From an uncultured Solibacteraceae bacterium (GTDB lineage Bacteria > Acidobacteriota > Vicinamibacteria > Vicinamibacterales > SCN-69-37), in the NCBI GenBank assembly GCA_964343975.1, contig CAYFLU010000002.1:7082-71081 (forward strand): DNA of 64,000 nt, given 5' to 3'. A model generated the notes under the pieces. It did not search any database. It saw nothing but the letters and a program-made list of their open reading frames with translations, and was not told the origin of the DNA. Positions 61,065-64,000 of the stretch are shown one piece after another. Numbering within the stretch: position 1 is the first letter of the stretch; each line of letters begins with the position of its first letter. The translations under genes and the position numbers were made by a program.

Positions 61065-62435
61065 GTGATTGAGCTGTCTCGAAGCGCTCTGATCGGCGCG
61101 GTGGTGGCCGGGGTCGCGGTCGGCGTGGCCTACGCCACCTCGCCGTCACTCGTCATCTGCGGTGTGGCTCTTGGCGGGATTGTCACGTGGGCTCAGCGTG
61201 GAACCTCCCCACGCGAGCGGCGCTGGGTCATCGGCCTCTTGGTGGCCTCGCTGGCGCTCCGCGCACTCGTGTTGGCCGGGTTCTTCCTCTTTGGTGGTTC
61301 ACGCGAGTCGCTCCCGGTGCTGGTGGGCGATGAGTGGCTGATCAAGTGGCGTTCCTTGCTGCTCGTCAATCTCGCCCTCGGGCGCCCGCTGGCGCCTCCC
61401 GACTACTTCAACGTCCTCGAGGCCTACGGCCGGACGAGTCTCATGAACGTGTTCGGCGTGTGGCAGTACGTCGTCGGCCCTGCGCCGTACGGCGTTCACC
61501 TCCTCAACGTCGTGTTCTGGTTCGCGGCTGCGGTGCTGATGTTTCGCACCGCCCGGCGTGCGTTTGGTCCGATTCCCGCGTGGCTGGGCCTCGTGATGCT
61601 GTTGTGCATGCCGACCTTGTTCGTGTGGTCTGTGTCGGCGCTCAAGGAACCCCTGTTTTTTCTCATGACGGCGCTGGCGTTGGCCGGTGCCTACGGCGTG
61701 CTGACTGGCCCAGGTGTGGGCCGCCGGCTCCTTGGCGCGTGCGCGCTGGCGGCGGGTTGTTGGGGTATCGATCCCATTCGATCGAGCGCCCTGTTTGTCA
61801 CCGCCGGCGGTGTGGCGGTTGGCGTCATCGGGTGGCTGATGACACGGCGTGCGTGGCCGTGGGCGCTGGCGGCGGTTCTCGCGTTGACGGTTGGTGGACG
61901 GGTGCTCTCGCACCCGCGCGTCGCCACGCCGCTCACGCAGGCGATCGCCACCGCAGCCAACTATCAGCGCGGTAGTGTCCGCACCGTCGGGTATTCCTAT
62001 CTGCTGCTCGATCAGCACTACTACATGGACTACGGCGCAGACGGCATTCGCACGATGCCGTGGGATGAGGCCGGGCGGTATGTGGTGCGTGCGATCGGCA
62101 GCTTCGTGATCCAACCGATTCCGTGGGAGGCCAAGTCGCGGGCCATGGTGGTCTTCATCGGCCAGCAGATGCTGTGGTACTTGCTGTTCGCGTTCGCCGG
62201 CATTGGCGCCGTCGCCGGCTGGCGTCGCGATGCCACGCTGACCTGGATCATCATCGGCTACTTCATCGTGGCCGGCGCGGTCGTGGCGCTCTTCAGCGGG
62301 AACATCGGGACCTTCGTACGGTTCCGTGACTCGGTGGTGACTATAATCGTGTGGCTCAGTGCTTTGGGCGCCGCTGTCTCGCTCGAGTGGGCCGCGCGAC
62401 GTTTCTCCGGAGATTCACGTGATGCCTCTGCTTGA
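61065..62435 (+). CDS. Polytopic membrane protein (GT-C, polymerase or ligase-like candidate)
   Basis: It has more than ten hydrophobic segments. An early loop reads LVGDEWLIKW. I recognise no firm family. Confidence 0.5.
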   Translation: MIELSRSALIGAVVAGVAVGVAYATSPSLVICGVALGGIVTWAQRGTSPRERRWVIGLLVASLALRALVLAGFFLFGGSRESLPVLVGDEWLIKWRSLLLVNLALGRPLAPPDYFNVLEAYGRTSLMNVFGVWQYVVGPAPYGVHLLNVVFWFAAAVLMFRTARRAFGPIPAWLGLVMLLCMPTLFVWSVSALKEPLFFLMTALALAGAYGVLTGPGVGRRLLGACALAAGCWGIDPIRSSALFVTAGGVAVGVIGWLMTRRAWPWALAAVLALTVGGRVLSHPRVATPLTQAIATAANYQRGSVRTVGYSYLLLDQHYYMDYGADGIRTMPWDEAGRYVVRAIGSFVIQPIPWEAKSRAMVVFIGQQMLWYLLFAFAGIGAVAGWRRDATLTWIIIGYFIVAGAVVALFSGNIGTFVRFRDSVVTIIVWLSALGAAVSLEWAARRFSGDSRDASA

Positions 62436-63657
62436 TGATCGTGGGCGCTTTTTCGGCAAGGTCAACCTGATCGATGCCGCGGTCGTCGCGGTCGTGCTTG
62501 GATTGATTCCGCTCGGCTATGCGTCGTGGGGATTGTTCAAGACGCCGGCGACCAAGCTGATTTCCGTGTCTCCGGCGCAGCTCAAGCCGAATGACGCCAA
62601 CCAGCACCTCGTATTGAACGGTGAGGGATTGCGGCCCTACCTGCGAGCGTTCGTGGGACAGGGCGGCCCGTCGCGCTATCTTTTTGAAACGCCGACGCGG
62701 TCCGAGATCGTCCCGCCGGCATTGCCGCCCGGCAAATACGACGTCTTCCTGGCGGATGAAACGCAGGAAGTCACGCGTGTGCCGAATGCGTTCACGGTAA
62801 TTGCCACTCCGCCGCCGACCATCGCGTCCGCCACGCCTGCGGTCCTGGAATACACACGCGAGCCGCAGCACATCACGCTGAAGGGCGAGCGGTTTCCACC
62901 GGTCTTGAAAGTGACCGTCGGTCCGGTCGAGGCCGGCTACAAGGCTGAATCGGATACACGCGCGGAACTGACGACGCCACCGTTGCCCCCCGGCACGTTC
63001 GACATCGTGCTGTCGGACACGGTGCAGGAACTTGTCCGTCTGCCCAAGGCGATCACGGTGCCGAAGCCAACCATCCAGCAGCTGATGCCCGCCACGGTCG
63101 AGGCGACCCGCGATTCGCAGCGCATCGAGTTTTCGGGGAAGCATTTTCAGCCGACGCTGCGCATGTTCGTGGGCTGGCGCGAAGTGAATCCGACGTTCGT
63201 ATCGCTCGAGCATGGCGAGTTCGCACTGCCGCCGTTGCCGGCTGGCCGCTATGACGTCGCGGTCTTTGACGCCTCGGGGACGACGGAACTGGCCCGGTAT
63301 CCAAAGGCGGTAACGGTGCGTGCGGTCGAGAGCGCCGACGTGACGGTTCAGGTGCGGTTTGTCGTTCGCCCCGAAGTGCTGGCCGTTGTGAAGCAGATGA
63401 AGCCAGGCGACACCGTGCGTCCCGGCATCGTCTTCCAGTCGCTGGTCGAGCGGGAGACGCTGGCGCCGAGTACCCGCGTCGAGCGGCGGGAAGGCACGCT
63501 CGTGGTGGTGGAAGCGCAACTGCGCGTCTCTGCTCAGTGGCGTGCCGATGTATGGCAATACGACGGCCAGACACTGCGGGCCGGTGCGCCGTTCTCGCTG
63601 AAGACCGCGACCTTCGACATCAACGGGGACATCCTTGGGACCAACCGACTCCGCTGA
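62422..63657 (+). CDS. DUF4330-like membrane-anchored protein with three tandem IPT/TIG-like beta-sandwich repeats
   Basis: The N-terminus LLDDRGRFFGKVNLIDAAVVAVVLGLIPLGY is followed by three modules of about 80 aa. Each module ends in PPLPPG-x-(Y/F)D(V/I) ... (V/L)-x-R-x-P-x-A-x-TV. Internal ATG 62422 overlaps the upstream gene by 14 nt. Confidence 0.6.
   Translation: MPLLDDRGRFFGKVNLIDAAVVAVVLGLIPLGYASWGLFKTPATKLISVSPAQLKPNDANQHLVLNGEGLRPYLRAFVGQGGPSRYLFETPTRSEIVPPALPPGKYDVFLADETQEVTRVPNAFTVIATPPPTIASATPAVLEYTREPQHITLKGERFPPVLKVTVGPVEAGYKAESDTRAELTTPPLPPGTFDIVLSDTVQELVRLPKAITVPKPTIQQLMPATVEATRDSQRIEFSGKHFQPTLRMFVGWREVNPTFVSLEHGEFALPPLPAGRYDVAVFDASGTTELARYPKAVTVRAVESADVTVQVRFVVRPEVLAVVKQMKPGDTVRPGIVFQSLVERETLAPSTRVERREGTLVVVEAQLRVSAQWRADVWQYDGQTLRAGAPFSLKTATFDINGDILGTNRLR
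62554..63330 (+). repeat. Three tandem, diverged protein-level repeats of about 80 aa (IPT/TIG-like) inside the DUF4330-like CDS
   Basis: Repeat 1 is ISVSPAQL...LPPGKYDVFLADETQEVTRVPNAFTV. Repeat 2 is IASATPAVL...LPPGTFDIVLSDTVQELVRLPKAITV. Repeat 3 is IQQLMPATV...LPAGRYDVAVFDASGTTELARYPKAVTV. They are diverged at the DNA level. Confidence 0.55.
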
Positions 63658-63682
63658 TCGCCCCGGGCGTCGCGTACGCCAG

Positions 63683-64000
63683 ATGGTGGAGCACAGCGTG
63701 CTGGTTGGCCCGGTGATCCGCGTGGCCCGCCAGAGCGTGGTGTGCCGCGGGTTCGTCCGCTTGGCACGGTCGCTGTCGGGGACCTCATCCGCGTTCGGAC
63801 GTGCCGTGCAACGGCGTCCCGCCTCGCGTGAACTGGTCGTGGCGTCGGCGGTCGGTACGAGCGGTTTGCCGCGCCTCGGTGACGAGTGGCTGCGCGCCAG
63901 TGCGACCTCGTGGCGTCACTCAGCGGTGCGCCGGCTCCTTGTGGAGCGCTTGGGCGTGTCGTCGGCCGAGTCTGCCGTTGCCATGGCCGGCGTCTTGTGC
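63683..64000 (+). CDS. Possible 5' part of a CDS running off the window end (function unknown)
   Basis: ATG 63683 opens a frame of 106 codons with no stop up to position 64000. G/C dominates third positions. It is not in the ORF track because it is unterminated. Long chance ORFs are common in GC-rich DNA. Confidence 0.3.
   Translation, partial: MVEHSVLVGPVIRVARQSVVCRGFVRLARSLSGTSSAFGRAVQRRPASRELVVASAVGTSGLPRLGDEWLRASATSWRHSAVRRLLVERLGVSSAESAVAMAGVLC

Noticed and set aside
63666-63680. A short hairpin (GGCGT-cgcgt-ACGCC) after the DUF4330-like gene, considered as a terminator.
   Set aside because: It has only a 5-bp stem and no U-tract, and another open frame starts 3 nt later at 63683. That is too weak to call.
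1-64000. A search by eye for tRNA or rRNA genes, CRISPR repeats, IS elements or inverted terminal repeats, integrases, phage genes, toxin-antitoxin pairs and defence systems.
   Set aside because: Coding density is close to 100 percent, with recognisable biosynthetic genes throughout. I saw no periodic direct repeats, no transposase, integrase or recombinase motifs, and no obvious compositional island. Composition was judged by eye and not computed.

Overview
This 64 kb window is GC-rich and almost gap-free, and it reads as one very large glycan assembly and decoration locus. I call about 59 CDSs. I found no rRNA, tRNA, CRISPR array, transposase, integrase or phage gene.

Gene order and strand:
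- Positions 1-48841 form a single plus-strand gene train. Most junctions there are 1-nt or 4-nt start/stop overlaps (ATGA, GTGA, TGATG).
- A two-gene minus-strand unit follows at 48838-50693.
- A second plus-strand train runs from 50733 to the window end.

Recognisable content:
- Pseudaminic-acid-type nonulosonate genes: the 3' end of a PseI-like synthase, PseH-like and PseG-like genes, a cytidylyltransferase, and a second NeuB-like barrel that lacks the SAF domain.
- Five GT-A (GT2) and five GT-B glycosyltransferases.
- A WecA/MraY-type initiating phosphoglycosyl transferase.
- Two ArnC-like polyprenyl-phosphate glycosyltransferases.
- Five large polytopic membrane proteins. Two have a clear GT-C look; the other three are only candidates.
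- An MsbA/PglK-type ABC exporter.
- Seven class I SAM methyltransferases.
- Two radical SAM enzymes, one B12-binding and one SPASM/twitch.
- Two AsnB-type amidotransferases.
- Two formyltransferase-fold proteins.
- A WecE-type aminotransferase.

The most unusual part is 23.3-38.7 kb. It contains a carrier protein, an AAC(3)-fold acyltransferase, a DUF4910 protein, a Glu/Leu/Phe/Val-dehydrogenase-family protein, an AMP-ligase, a cyclase/formamidase-fold protein and an FkbO/Hyg5-like chorismatase. It also holds two large proteins (712 aa and 624 aa) in which I recognise no domain, and an orphan solute-binding lipoprotein. I read this as a candidate undescribed acyl/aroyl side-chain pathway feeding a sugar decoration.

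Other notable items are three domain fusions (GT-C plus beta-propeller, GT-B plus DUF218, and PGT plus a CapD-N-terminal-like region) and an Arn-like formamido-sugar lipid shuttle.

All functional calls come from reading motifs in the supplied translations. No database search or computation was run, and start codons are my best guesses.
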